DNA of 55,275 bases from Syntrophobacterales bacterium (GTDB lineage Bacteria > Desulfobacterota > Syntrophia > Syntrophales > UBA2210), in contig JAGGXJ010000086.1 of assembly GCA_021163105.1 (NCBI GenBank), positions 1 through 55,275 on the forward strand, read 5' to 3'. The notes under the pieces were generated by a model. That model worked only from the letters and a program-made list of their open reading frames with translations, ran no database searches and was not told the origin of the DNA. Positions 1-8,468 of this stretch are shown here, one piece after another. The translations under genes and the position numbers were made by a program. The first letter of the stretch is position 1. Every line of letters begins with the position of its first letter.

Positions 1-155
1 GACTTCCAAGTAACTAGAATTTACAAAATCACCATAACTTATTGATACTTCTTAATATATGCCAAGTAATACACGAATTTAAATAACGCAAGTTACTTGC
101 AATTATAATGTCCCGATTCATCGGGGCATAGCGGAGTTTTTTACGAGTTTGTCAA
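1..155. mobile_element. Right part of a MITE-like repeat (TTGAYGRMYYYGTAAAAARTC-type terminal repeat), cut by the window edge
   Basis: 134-155 GAGTTTTTTACGAGTTTGTCAA resembles the right end GACTTTTTACGAGTTCATCAA of the element at 50198-50346; internal inverted repeat CAAGTAACT/AGTTACTTG and a TCCCGA-N4-TCGGG palindrome at 109-128. Confidence 0.55.
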
Positions 156-159
156 TTTT

Positions 160-1392
160 CTATCGTATCAACTGATTCATCTCAAAAATCGGCAGCAGTA
201 TGGAAATAACAATAAAACCGATCAGCAGACCCATAACCAGGATCATAACAGGTTCAAGCATGGATGTCAGCGTTGTTATATCCGATTCCACCTCGTTTTC
301 GAGACTGTCGGCAATCTTGTAGAGCATTTTCTCCAGCATTCCACTATGCTCACCTGCCGATATCATCTGAGTGGCAATGGGGGGGAAAAATCCGCTTCTT
401 AATAGTGTTGCCGACAGGCTTTGACCTTCCTCAACATCTCTGGATGCTTCGGCAATAGCGTCCGCAATCAGCCTGTTGTTGACGACATTCTTTACTATGG
501 AAAGAGCTGTAAGCATCGGAACACCGCTTTGCAGGAGCGTGCCGAGGGTTCGGCTGAAACGCGCCACGGCCATCTTATGAATCAGGGGTCCAAAGAGCGG
601 TATTTTCAGCTTGATTCTATCCCGGATATACTGCCCCCTGATCGTTTTCGTAAACAGATAATTCAATGTTGCAAAAGTTCCGATAACGATCAGGAGGATT
701 GCTATCCAGAAGGATTTCAGAAAACCGCTTACAGAGATGAGAAAAACAGTTATTCCGGGGAGTGTCTGGTGCATCTCGCTAAATATGCCTGTAATTTTTG
801 GTACGATAAAGGTTGTCAGGAAGAAAAGGACACCGCTGCCGATAAGAAACATGAACAGGGGGTAGGCAAGGGCGGCCTTCACTCTCCCTCGGAGCGCCTG
901 TTGGCTTTCATTGAAATCGGCCAGTCTTTCCAGTACGATATCGAGTGCCCCGGAGGCCTCACCCGCTCTTACCATATTGATGTAGAATTGCGAAAAAATC
1001 TTGGGATAATGTGAAATACTCCGGGCAAGGTCACTGCCTTCATTTATTTCTTCTTTTATCTGTGCCAGGGTTTTCTTCAGCCGGGGGTTGTTTGTCTGAG
1101 AGGTGAGCGCTTCCAGTGAAGAGACCAGAGGAAGACCCGCGCTCAGCAGGGTGGCAAGTTGTCTTGTCATAATGGAGACTTCCCGCAGGCCGACTCTCTT
1201 AAGAAGAAAGGCGCCGGCCGACCTGCCGGCTTGTGTTTTATCTTTTTCTCCCGCCGATGTTTCCCTCAGGTCAAAAGGGAAAAGGCTGGTCTCCCTCAGT
1301 CTCTGTCTTGCCGTGGATATGCTCTCGGCATTGATGATACCCTTTAGATTTTTCCCTCTGATGTCAAGGGCTTTGTATTCATAGACAGGCAT
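160..1392 (-). CDS. gspF: Type II secretion system inner-membrane platform protein GspF (GspF/PilC family)
   Basis: MPVYEYKA start; TRQLATLLSAGLPL, MVRAGEASGALD, ALAYP, GEHSGMLEKML and LEPVMI motifs; two T2SSF repeats, 410 aa. Confidence 0.9.
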   Translation of the reverse strand: MPVYEYKALDIRGKNLKGIINAESISTARQRLRETSLFPFDLRETSAGEKDKTQAGRSAGAFLLKRVGLREVSIMTRQLATLLSAGLPLVSSLEALTSQTNNPRLKKTLAQIKEEINEGSDLARSISHYPKIFSQFYINMVRAGEASGALDIVLERLADFNESQQALRGRVKAALAYPLFMFLIGSGVLFFLTTFIVPKITGIFSEMHQTLPGITVFLISVSGFLKSFWIAILLIVIGTFATLNYLFTKTIRGQYIRDRIKLKIPLFGPLIHKMAVARFSRTLGTLLQSGVPMLTALSIVKNVVNNRLIADAIAEASRDVEEGQSLSATLLRSGFFPPIATQMISAGEHSGMLEKMLYKIADSLENEVESDITTLTSMLEPVMILVMGLLIGFIVISILLPIFEMNQLIR

Positions 1393-1428
1393 GGTTAATG
1401 ATTAGCATATTGAGGGTTCGATTTCAAG

Positions 1429-1458
1429 ATCATACGCTTGCCGTAAATCCGTTGTCAA
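1429..1458 (-). promoter_or_regulatory. Putative sigma70 promoter for gspF
   Basis: TTGACA-N18-TATGAT on the minus strand. Confidence 0.45.
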
Positions 1459-1496
1459 GAAGAGATGCAGTCAGATTCATCGGGACAGTTTCTTGA

Positions 1497-2708
1497 CTAT
1501 CTCGACGGACGCCGGAAGTCGAACTTGGACAGGAATCCCTTATGCCTTCTGTACCAGATATTGGGGAATATCCTGTACAGCAGTTTTGAAAAGGGGCCTA
1601 TGTATTCCTTGTTTCTTTTATCAAACTGGCAGGCCTGTATGACATGTTCCTTTATTTCATCTTTGTTTGTTTCTTCGTGGAATATTTTGTAGGCGCAGTG
1701 GAAGAGGGGACTGTACATATTTTTCTTTTCCAGATACCTGTATACACTCCTTATTGTATTTGGTCCTTCTGGAGTTCCATCTATCCTTTTCAGGGCATTG
1801 ATGCTTGTTTCTATGGAATTGCCATCAAATAATTCGTAGAAATACTTGCCATATCTATAATTTTTGCTGGCTTCCGATGAAACGGTGACATACATGTCAC
1901 CCACGCCGGCCTGGCTGTGGAATGCCTGAAAGCTTCCCCCCAGCAACTTTACCAGAGCCCTTATCTCAACGCCGGATCTCGCGAATATGGTTCCGGGCAG
2001 GGAACTTCCCAGGTTCAGACAATCGGCGGCTCCTTTTATGTTCGCTATGATGTTTTTCAGGGCTCCGCATGCCTCAATGCCTACAACATCAAAATTATAA
2101 TAGGAGTTTAACTCCCTGCGGTTCAGCCTGAGGAAGTTGAGATTAAAAAATTTTGCCACGTGTTTATCACCCGCCACAGTCACGCATACCGGTCTGCCTG
2201 TCGCTATATCTACATCGAAGAACGGTCCGCCGATACAGATAACATCAAATTTGTGTTTAAGGTCGAAGAGATGGCTTTTTATCATCTGAGATGGCGTTAT
2301 AAGTTCACGGGTCTTTTCGTTTGAAGCCAGGCCTTTTATCGGAGATACCAGACATGTCCCGCCCTTCTTTTTCGCTATCAGAGGTTTTATATAATCTAAC
2401 AATTCTCGGAGTCTGTTCATGGTTATCGAAAGTATGATAAAATCGTTTTCCTCAACAACCTTTTCCAAGTCATTTGTTGCCGTGACCCCCGATAATCTGG
2501 GGATGTTTTCCATGCCCCCCGACATCTTCGCGAGATCTTCTGTAAGGTGCCTGGGGTTTAAATGAGTTTGATTGATTTCTCTGCATATTTCGGCGTCGTG
2601 ATAATATATGGTTATATCTTTCCCATCGCGTCCGAACTTGTAGGCAAAAGCGGTTCCAAGTCTTCCGGGTCCAATGATTGCTATCTTGGATGGGTCCAGA
2701 TTTTTCAT
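1497..2708 (-). CDS. gpsA: Divergent NAD(P)H-dependent glycerol-3-phosphate dehydrogenase family protein
   Basis: Rossmann IAIIGPGRLG, SPIKGL, GALKNIIA (catalytic Lys), GVGDMYVT, TPEG; C-terminal extension, 403 aa. Confidence 0.7.
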   Translation of the reverse strand: MKNLDPSKIAIIGPGRLGTAFAYKFGRDGKDITIYYHDAEICREINQTHLNPRHLTEDLAKMSGGMENIPRLSGVTATNDLEKVVEENDFIILSITMNRLRELLDYIKPLIAKKKGGTCLVSPIKGLASNEKTRELITPSQMIKSHLFDLKHKFDVICIGGPFFDVDIATGRPVCVTVAGDKHVAKFFNLNFLRLNRRELNSYYNFDVVGIEACGALKNIIANIKGAADCLNLGSSLPGTIFARSGVEIRALVKLLGGSFQAFHSQAGVGDMYVTVSSEASKNYRYGKYFYELFDGNSIETSINALKRIDGTPEGPNTIRSVYRYLEKKNMYSPLFHCAYKIFHEETNKDEIKEHVIQACQFDKRNKEYIGPFSKLLYRIFPNIWYRRHKGFLSKFDFRRPSR

Positions 2709-2805
2709 TTTCTCAAAAAGCTCTACTTTTTATTTTTTCGTGTCTTTGTGGCAGCCCCGACGAGTCGGGATTTACAAGGCATTTTAATCACAATCACGCT
2801 GTTTC

Positions 2806-2834
2806 AGGATAGTAAGATAACAGTGTTTTGTCAA
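2806..2834 (-). promoter_or_regulatory. Putative sigma70 promoter for the gpsA-like gene
   Basis: TTGACA-N17-TATCCT on the minus strand. Confidence 0.55.
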
Positions 2835-2904
2835 TAGCCAAAACAGACAATTTTTCGTACAGGTGATTCCAATAATCAAAACATGATTCATGAACTTTTC
2901 GCTA

Positions 2905-2933
2905 TTGACAATATGAATTCCGGAAAGTATAAG
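2905..2933 (+). promoter_or_regulatory. Putative sigma70 promoter for the amino-acid ABC operon
   Basis: TTGACA-N17-TATAAG, followed by an AGGAG RBS before ATG 2964. Confidence 0.65.
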
Positions 2934-2963
2934 CTATAAATTACGTGTTAGGAGCATTTTACA

Positions 2964-3692
2964 ATGATTGCATTTAAAAACGTGAATAAGTGGTTCGGAA
3001 AATTTCACGTCCTTAGCGGTATCAATTTTCATGTAGCTGCGGGAGAAGTGGTTGTCGTATGCGGTCCGAGCGGATCGGGGAAAAGTACTCTTATCAGATG
3101 TATAAACAAGCTGGAACCAATACAAGACGGTGAGATTGTTGTTGACAACATACCCATACATGACAACCGTATAAACCTCACCCATCTAAGGGCTGAGATA
3201 GGGTTTGTTTTCCAGCAGTTTAACCTCTATCCCCATATGACTGCCCTCCAGAACATAACACTCGCTCCCATCAATGTCAGAAAAACCAAAGCGGAAGAAG
3301 CCGAGGCGCTTGGTCTTCAGCAACTGGAAAGAGTTGGCATTCGTGAGAAGGCCTATTCATATCCTGCCCAGTTGTCGGGAGGGCAGCAGCAGCGTGTGGC
3401 CATTGCGCGCGGGCTTGCTATGCAACCCAAGATCATGCTCTTTGATGAGCCCACATCGGCGCTGGATCCGGAGATGATAAATGAGGTTCTGGATGTCATG
3501 CGCAGTCTGGCGCGGGAAGGCATGACAATGATAGTTGTTACACATGAAATGGGGTTTGCCCGTGAGGTAGCCGACAGAGTGGTCTTTATGGATGAGGGGC
3601 AGATAATTGAAGAGGCAACACCGGACGATTTTTTTTATCGCCCGCAGAGTGAACGCACAAAGCTCTTTTTGAGTAAGATTTTAAAGCATTAA
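2964..3692 (+). CDS. glnQ: Polar amino-acid ABC transporter ATP-binding protein (GlnQ/GltL type)
   Basis: Walker [22 protein letters not shown], Walker [22 protein letters not shown]. Confidence 0.92.
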   Translation: MIAFKNVNKWFGKFHVLSGINFHVAAGEVVVVCGPSGSGKSTLIRCINKLEPIQDGEIVVDNIPIHDNRINLTHLRAEIGFVFQQFNLYPHMTALQNITLAPINVRKTKAEEAEALGLQQLERVGIREKAYSYPAQLSGGQQQRVAIARGLAMQPKIMLFDEPTSALDPEMINEVLDVMRSLAREGMTMIVVTHEMGFAREVADRVVFMDEGQIIEEATPDDFFYRPQSERTKLFLSKILKH

Positions 3693-3773
3693 TGGGTGGG
3701 TGTATCTCCCGTAGCGAGAAGCATCAGTATCGGGGGGTGTTTTGTTAACTACTTTAACAGGGGAGGTTATTCG

Positions 3774-4616
3774 ATGAAGAGAGTATGGAAGTCTGTATTA
3801 GCGCTGGCTGTGGTATTTATGCTTGTACCGTGTATCTGCTTCGCGGGGTCCACTTATGACAAGGTCAAGAAAGCGGGTGTTGTTAAAGCGGGTCTGATGT
3901 ACAATAGCATTCCCGCGGCGTATTTTAACGACAAGAATGAATGGGTTGGATTCGATGTCGATATAGCTTCGGAAGTGATAAAGCGTATCGGTCAATCGAT
4001 GGGCAAAGAACTCAAAATGGAAAAAACCAAGCTGAACAACAAAACCCGTATCTCGTTTCTGACATCGGGACGGGTCGATATGAGCACCGCCAATATGACC
4101 CACAAACGTGAGCGGGATAAGACGATCGATTTCTCCATAACCTATTTCTTCGATGGAGAGAAAATACTGGCCAAAAAGGGCAAATACAAAAGCCACAAGG
4201 ATTTTGTGGGGAAAAAGCTGGCATCCATGCAGGGTACAACCAGTGAGAAAAATGCCGTCAATCTCCTGAAATCGCTGGGTGACAAGAAACCTAAAGTTAT
4301 CAGCTTTCAGGATGAGCCCTCATGTTTCCTGGCGTTGCAGCAGGGCAAGGTAGCTGGCTGGGCGACTGACAGCACGATACTCATCGGCTATGCCGCGAAG
4401 GAACCGGGCAAATATGAACTTGTCGGTGATTTCTTCAGCGATGAACCCTATGGCATCGGACTCCCTGAGAATGACAGTGACTGGCGTGATGCCGTCAACT
4501 TCGCTATCCAGGACATGTGGAAGGACGGTACCTACATGAAGATATATAATAAGTGGTATGGTGCTGATACACCTTATTACTTCCCGATGACTGAAAAGAT
4601 TGAGATGTGGCCATAA
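3774..4616 (+). CDS. Polar amino-acid ABC transporter substrate-binding protein (SBP family 3)
   Basis: GGAGG RBS before ATG 3774, signal peptide, GFDVDIA, DFSITYF, EPYGIG, YNKWYG motifs. Confidence 0.9.
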   Translation: MKRVWKSVLALAVVFMLVPCICFAGSTYDKVKKAGVVKAGLMYNSIPAAYFNDKNEWVGFDVDIASEVIKRIGQSMGKELKMEKTKLNNKTRISFLTSGRVDMSTANMTHKRERDKTIDFSITYFFDGEKILAKKGKYKSHKDFVGKKLASMQGTTSEKNAVNLLKSLGDKKPKVISFQDEPSCFLALQQGKVAGWATDSTILIGYAAKEPGKYELVGDFFSDEPYGIGLPENDSDWRDAVNFAIQDMWKDGTYMKIYNKWYGADTPYYFPMTEKIEMWP

Positions 4617-4643
4617 AAATTAATGTTTGTTTTAAGTGACGGG

Positions 4644-4681
4644 AACTGCGGCCCGGGAGCTGTTCGGGCCGCAGTTTTTTT
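4644..4681 (+). terminator. Intra-operon stem-loop/intrinsic terminator after the SBP gene
   Basis: AACTGCGGCCCG...CGGGCCGCAGTT followed by a T-run. Confidence 0.75.
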
Positions 4682-4708
4682 GTGTTGTCCTCCCCTTAGA
4701 AAGCGAAC

Positions 4709-6514
4709 GTGAGAATGATGGAACCTTGGAAACGCCAGGTTCAACAATTTGTGATAGTGGCCGGGATAGCCCTTGCCATATATCTTTTCTTTACGCACAT
4801 TGATTTCGGATATGATTTTCACTGGGCTGTGCTCTGGGAGATGAATCCCACCTATCAGGAGGTCTTCGGTGTCTGGTTACTGCGCGGTCTCCTGCTTACA
4901 ATAGAAATCTCTTTGATAAGTACTGTTATTTCTCTTTTGTTGGGTACATTCTTCGGTATAGCGCGTCTTTCCACCTTCAAGCCTCTCTACTGGTTCGCTA
5001 CGGCATATGTGGAGTTTTTCCGTAACACACCTCTCCTGGTACAACTCTTTTTCTGGTATTTTGCTTTTCCCCTGGGTTTACCGGATGCGGTGCGCGAATT
5101 CTTATACGACCATAACTATGAATTGATAGCCGCTACCGGTGGTCTTGCTATCTATACCACCGCCTTCATTGCCGAGATAGTACGCGCGGGTATACAGGCC
5201 ATTCCAAAGGGCCACCTGGAAGCTGCATCTTCATCCGGACTCAGCAGAGTTCAGGCGCTACGTTTTGTCATCTTGCCCCAGGCCTTTCGCATAATTATGC
5301 CCCCTCTTGGAAGTGAGCTTCTAAATAACATGAAGAATTCCTCACTTGCTATGACCATAGGAGTAGCTGATCTCTGCTGGCAGGCACAGCAGATTGAGTC
5401 TTTTACCTTTCGGGGGTTTGAAGCCACCACTGCGGCTACGGTCATCTACCTCAGTCTCTCCCTGATTATTAGTGTACTGATGAACAGCGTAAATCACCAT
5501 CTGGAGGTGGGGAAAGAGAAAAAACTGAGTCTCTTGGATAAGGCACTTGGCCTTATGGTAAGGCCTGCTTTGCTTCTGGTGTCGTGTGTCGCCAAAGGTC
5601 TGCGATGGGTTGCCGGATGTTTGAGGCCGGAGAGAGATGAATCACTGGAAGTGGAAACCACTTATATATCCAGCGGGGCTCAGTGGCTGGAACGTTTATT
5701 AGGTGTTCTTTCCATGGCAGGGAAAGCAACATTTCTCCTGCTGTTATTTGCTCTGCTCATTGCTTTGGGATACGGGATCTATGGTTTTAACTGGGACGTC
5801 ATATTCGACAACTTCCGTTCGCTCCTGATATGGACATTCCCGCATGGATTGGGTGGTGAGATCTTTTACGGTCTTGGAGGACTTTCCCTCAGCATAGTTC
5901 TGGCCTTTATTGCGCTTACTGCCAGCTTCGCCATCGGTCTGGCGGTGGGTCTGGGGCGCCTGAGTAAAAGCCCTCTGATAAGCACTCCCAGCGTTCTCTA
6001 TATAGAGCTTATACGTGGAAACCCGCTTATCATGGTGATATTCTGGATATATTTCTTTTCTCCCATTATAACAGGAATGCAGATAGATGTCTTCTGGAGT
6101 GCAACGATAGCGTTCACGATATTTTCGGGTGCATATCTGGCTGAGATTGTTCGTGCCGGTGTAAAGGCTATTCCCCCGGGACAGATGGAAGCGGCAACGG
6201 CATCGGGATTGAACTATTTCAAGGCGATGCGTCGAGTGATCCTTCCGCAGGCGCTCAAGATGATGATTCCCGCCATCGTGGGACAGTTTATCGCTCTTTT
6301 CAAGGATACGTCGCTTGCCTATATAATAGGGGTGTTTGAGCTTACTACGGTAGCTCAGACAATCAATAACCGGGTTATGATCTATCCGTTTGAAATTTAT
6401 ACAACGATTGCCGTACTATATTTCATCTGTTGTTACAGCATGAGTATGATGGCACGCAAGCTCGAACGCAAATACACACCCGCCGCCCACACTGAAATTC
6501 CGGATATGGCGTAG
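4709..6514 (+). CDS. Amino-acid ABC transporter permease with two fused transmembrane domains
   Basis: Two His/Glu/Gln/Arg-type permease units: EFFRNTPLLVQ...AEIVRAGIQAIPKGHLEAA and ELIRGNPLIMV...AEIVRAGVKAIPPGQMEAA. Confidence 0.9.
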   Translation: MRMMEPWKRQVQQFVIVAGIALAIYLFFTHIDFGYDFHWAVLWEMNPTYQEVFGVWLLRGLLLTIEISLISTVISLLLGTFFGIARLSTFKPLYWFATAYVEFFRNTPLLVQLFFWYFAFPLGLPDAVREFLYDHNYELIAATGGLAIYTTAFIAEIVRAGIQAIPKGHLEAASSSGLSRVQALRFVILPQAFRIIMPPLGSELLNNMKNSSLAMTIGVADLCWQAQQIESFTFRGFEATTAATVIYLSLSLIISVLMNSVNHHLEVGKEKKLSLLDKALGLMVRPALLLVSCVAKGLRWVAGCLRPERDESLEVETTYISSGAQWLERLLGVLSMAGKATFLLLLFALLIALGYGIYGFNWDVIFDNFRSLLIWTFPHGLGGEIFYGLGGLSLSIVLAFIALTASFAIGLAVGLGRLSKSPLISTPSVLYIELIRGNPLIMVIFWIYFFSPIITGMQIDVFWSATIAFTIFSGAYLAEIVRAGVKAIPPGQMEAATASGLNYFKAMRRVILPQALKMMIPAIVGQFIALFKDTSLAYIIGVFELTTVAQTINNRVMIYPFEIYTTIAVLYFICCYSMSMMARKLERKYTPAAHTEIPDMA

Positions 6515-6548
6515 GGATAGAGAAGTCTCGCGGTATCTTTTAAAAGTG

Positions 6549-6592
6549 AAAGGGGGGTTAAAGATGATAATCCATCTTTAATCCCCCTTTTT
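6549..6592. terminator. Bidirectional intrinsic terminator between convergent transcription units
   Basis: AAAGGGGGGTTAAAGATG / CATCTTTAATCCCCCTTT inverted repeat with T-runs on both strands. Confidence 0.8.
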
Positions 6593-6614
6593 AATCGTGC
6601 AGAAATGTTTTCTC

Positions 6615-6758
6615 TCAGGCAAATGCCGATGAGGTCGCAATCAGTATTCCCGCTGCAAATACGACCATTCCCAACCCCGCCCCTCCAGCTGTGGCCAGGA
6701 GGGGTGCCATTCCTAACAAAAGAAACCCAAATGCAAATCTTCCTTCTCTTGAATCCAT
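6615..6758 (-). CDS. Small hydrophobic membrane protein, 47 aa (absent from the ORF track)
   Basis: AAGGAG RBS 6 nt before ATG; MDSREGRFAFGFLLLGMAPLLATAGGAGLGMVVFAAGILIATSSAFA*; ends just before the terminator. Confidence 0.65.
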   Translation of the reverse strand: MDSREGRFAFGFLLLGMAPLLATAGGAGLGMVVFAAGILIATSSAFA

Positions 6759-6774
6759 AATGTTCTCCTTAATC

Positions 6775-7011
6775 TTGATGGCTTTGTAAATTCCGATTCA
6801 TCGGGACTGCGTTCCACTGCATTCTTCCCCGGCTTTTGCTGGGGCAGGCTTACTGCGGCGTACCGTATGTACGCCTCATTCCTCATGATTTGCGCGCCTT
6901 GCCCGGGGGTGTCCCGAAGGGATGCAATATAATAGAACTATTCCTTACCGGGAAGTGCTCCACCAAGCGGGCGGCGCGCTTCCATTTGAAGCTTCTTGCT
7001 TTGCCATCTAA
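6775..7011. mobile_element. Composite MITE-like repeat with nested palindromes
   Basis: Ends TTGATGGCTTTGTAAA / TTGCTTTGCCATCTAA; internal hairpins TTCCGATTCATCGGGA, CCCCGGCTTTTGCTGGGG, GGCGTACCGTATGTACGCC, GTCCCGAAGGGAT. Confidence 0.6.
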
Positions 7012-7032
7012 TATTTACTTTCTACAAGTGCA

Positions 7033-7503
7033 TCAGTCTTCAATCCCTTTAACGCTTATAGCTGATATAATGAGTCTGTTTCTTGTCAGCAGATGTTTCA
7101 TTACAATTCCAACTGCCTCAACTCTGTCTCCCACAAATATTTTATTTGAGGGCGCAGTGAACATAATTACGCGTATACCTGCTGTTTCGTCCTTAATATG
7201 AAAGTGAGGTCGGTTCAACCATTTGAAGCTTATCTTCTGAACCTCACCCGATATCCTGACAACATCTCCAATCATCTTCTGATCTATCTTTCCAATCTCG
7301 CAGGCGCGCGCCTTTGAAGCAAACTGTTCATTCGCCTGCAGAAAGCTCCTGCGGCTCATCCACGCAAGAGTCATTGGAATGATAATAAGCATAATCAGGC
7401 CGGGAACAGCATACAACAGAAATCGCGAATCTCCCGTTGAGGTATAGTGCAAGGTTACGGCCACCGCACATATAGCGAATGCTACCCAGGCTAATGCTGA
7501 CAT
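7033..7503 (-). CDS. Membrane-anchored OB-fold protein, function unknown
   Basis: Two N-terminal hydrophobic segments, then VRISGEVQKI...IKDETAGIRV...VGDRVEAVGIV OB-fold pattern. Confidence 0.7.
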   Translation of the reverse strand: MSALAWVAFAICAVAVTLHYTSTGDSRFLLYAVPGLIMLIIIPMTLAWMSRRSFLQANEQFASKARACEIGKIDQKMIGDVVRISGEVQKISFKWLNRPHFHIKDETAGIRVIMFTAPSNKIFVGDRVEAVGIVMKHLLTRNRLIISAISVKGIED

Positions 7504-7518
7504 CTTATCGTATTTCCT

Positions 7519-8400
7519 TTAATCTGCCGGCAGGTCTTTTCTGAACATCAGGAAGTATGCAACCCCGATGAAGAGAAAACCGCCGAATATATTCCCTATC
7601 GTAACAGGAATAAGATTCCAGAGCCATATATCGGACCAGCTAAGGCCTCCGTTGGCAAGCAGGAGCCCGCCCTTCTTTGCTATTACGGCCGGATACCAGT
7701 CACTGAGAAACTTTCCTGCAGGCAGGAAGTACATATTGGCCACGCAATGCTCAAAGCCGGACGCCACGAATGCCATAATCGGGAACCAGATTCCGAAAAA
7801 TTTACCGACCACGTCGTCTGCCGTAATGGCGAGAAGGAGGGCAATATTGACCAGAAAGTTACAACCAATAGCCTTCATGAAACAGGACCACAGGCCCGCG
7901 ATCCCAACGGCCTTGTACCCCAGGATCTTTCCGGCCGCGATGCCGACCGCCGTCATACCAAAGGCATTAACTGCCATGGTGCCATCGGCCTGGCCGCTTA
8001 CAAACGGGCCGACCGCCATAAGATACGCATAAGCAAGTGAACCTACAAGGTTTCCTATGTAGACCCAGACCCAGTTTCTCATGACCGCGCTCCATGTGAT
8101 CTTTTTCATCATCGCGGCCATGGGAACGATCATGCAATCACCGGTAAAGAGTTCCATCCCGGTCAGGACAATAGCGATCAAGCCTACCGGGAATACGGCA
8201 CCGCCGATAAGCTTAGCGATTCCCGGACCAAGATGTGCCGCTACGCCCGTTACGCATACCGTGCAGAGCGCTCCTCCAATGGCGATATAGGCGCCTGCCA
8301 TAAAGCCTCTGAGAAGCAAGTTAAAAACCGAAAGTTTTGCTTTGCCGACTCCCGCATTGCCAACAAGAGCAACCATTTTTGCAGGGGGGTTAAAAGCCAT
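7519..8400 (-). CDS. fdhC: Formate/nitrite transporter (FNT) family formate channel
   Basis: GFMAGAYIAIG, FPVGLI, GMELFTGD, WVYIGNLVGS, AIGCNFLV, GFEHCVANMY, VTIGNIFGG. Confidence 0.92.
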   Translation of the reverse strand: MAFNPPAKMVALVGNAGVGKAKLSVFNLLLRGFMAGAYIAIGGALCTVCVTGVAAHLGPGIAKLIGGAVFPVGLIAIVLTGMELFTGDCMIVPMAAMMKKITWSAVMRNWVWVYIGNLVGSLAYAYLMAVGPFVSGQADGTMAVNAFGMTAVGIAAGKILGYKAVGIAGLWSCFMKAIGCNFLVNIALLLAITADDVVGKFFGIWFPIMAFVASGFEHCVANMYFLPAGKFLSDWYPAVIAKKGGLLLANGGLSWSDIWLWNLIPVTIGNIFGGFLFIGVAYFLMFRKDLPAD

Positions 8401-8468
8401 AAATTAGTACCTCCTTCATTTAAATAATTTTTTTAATGTGGTCCCCTGTGGACCATTTATATTTTCAA

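Noticed and set aside
6836-7201. 121-aa plus-strand ORF
   Set aside because: Starts within a repeat element and runs antisense to the OB-fold gene
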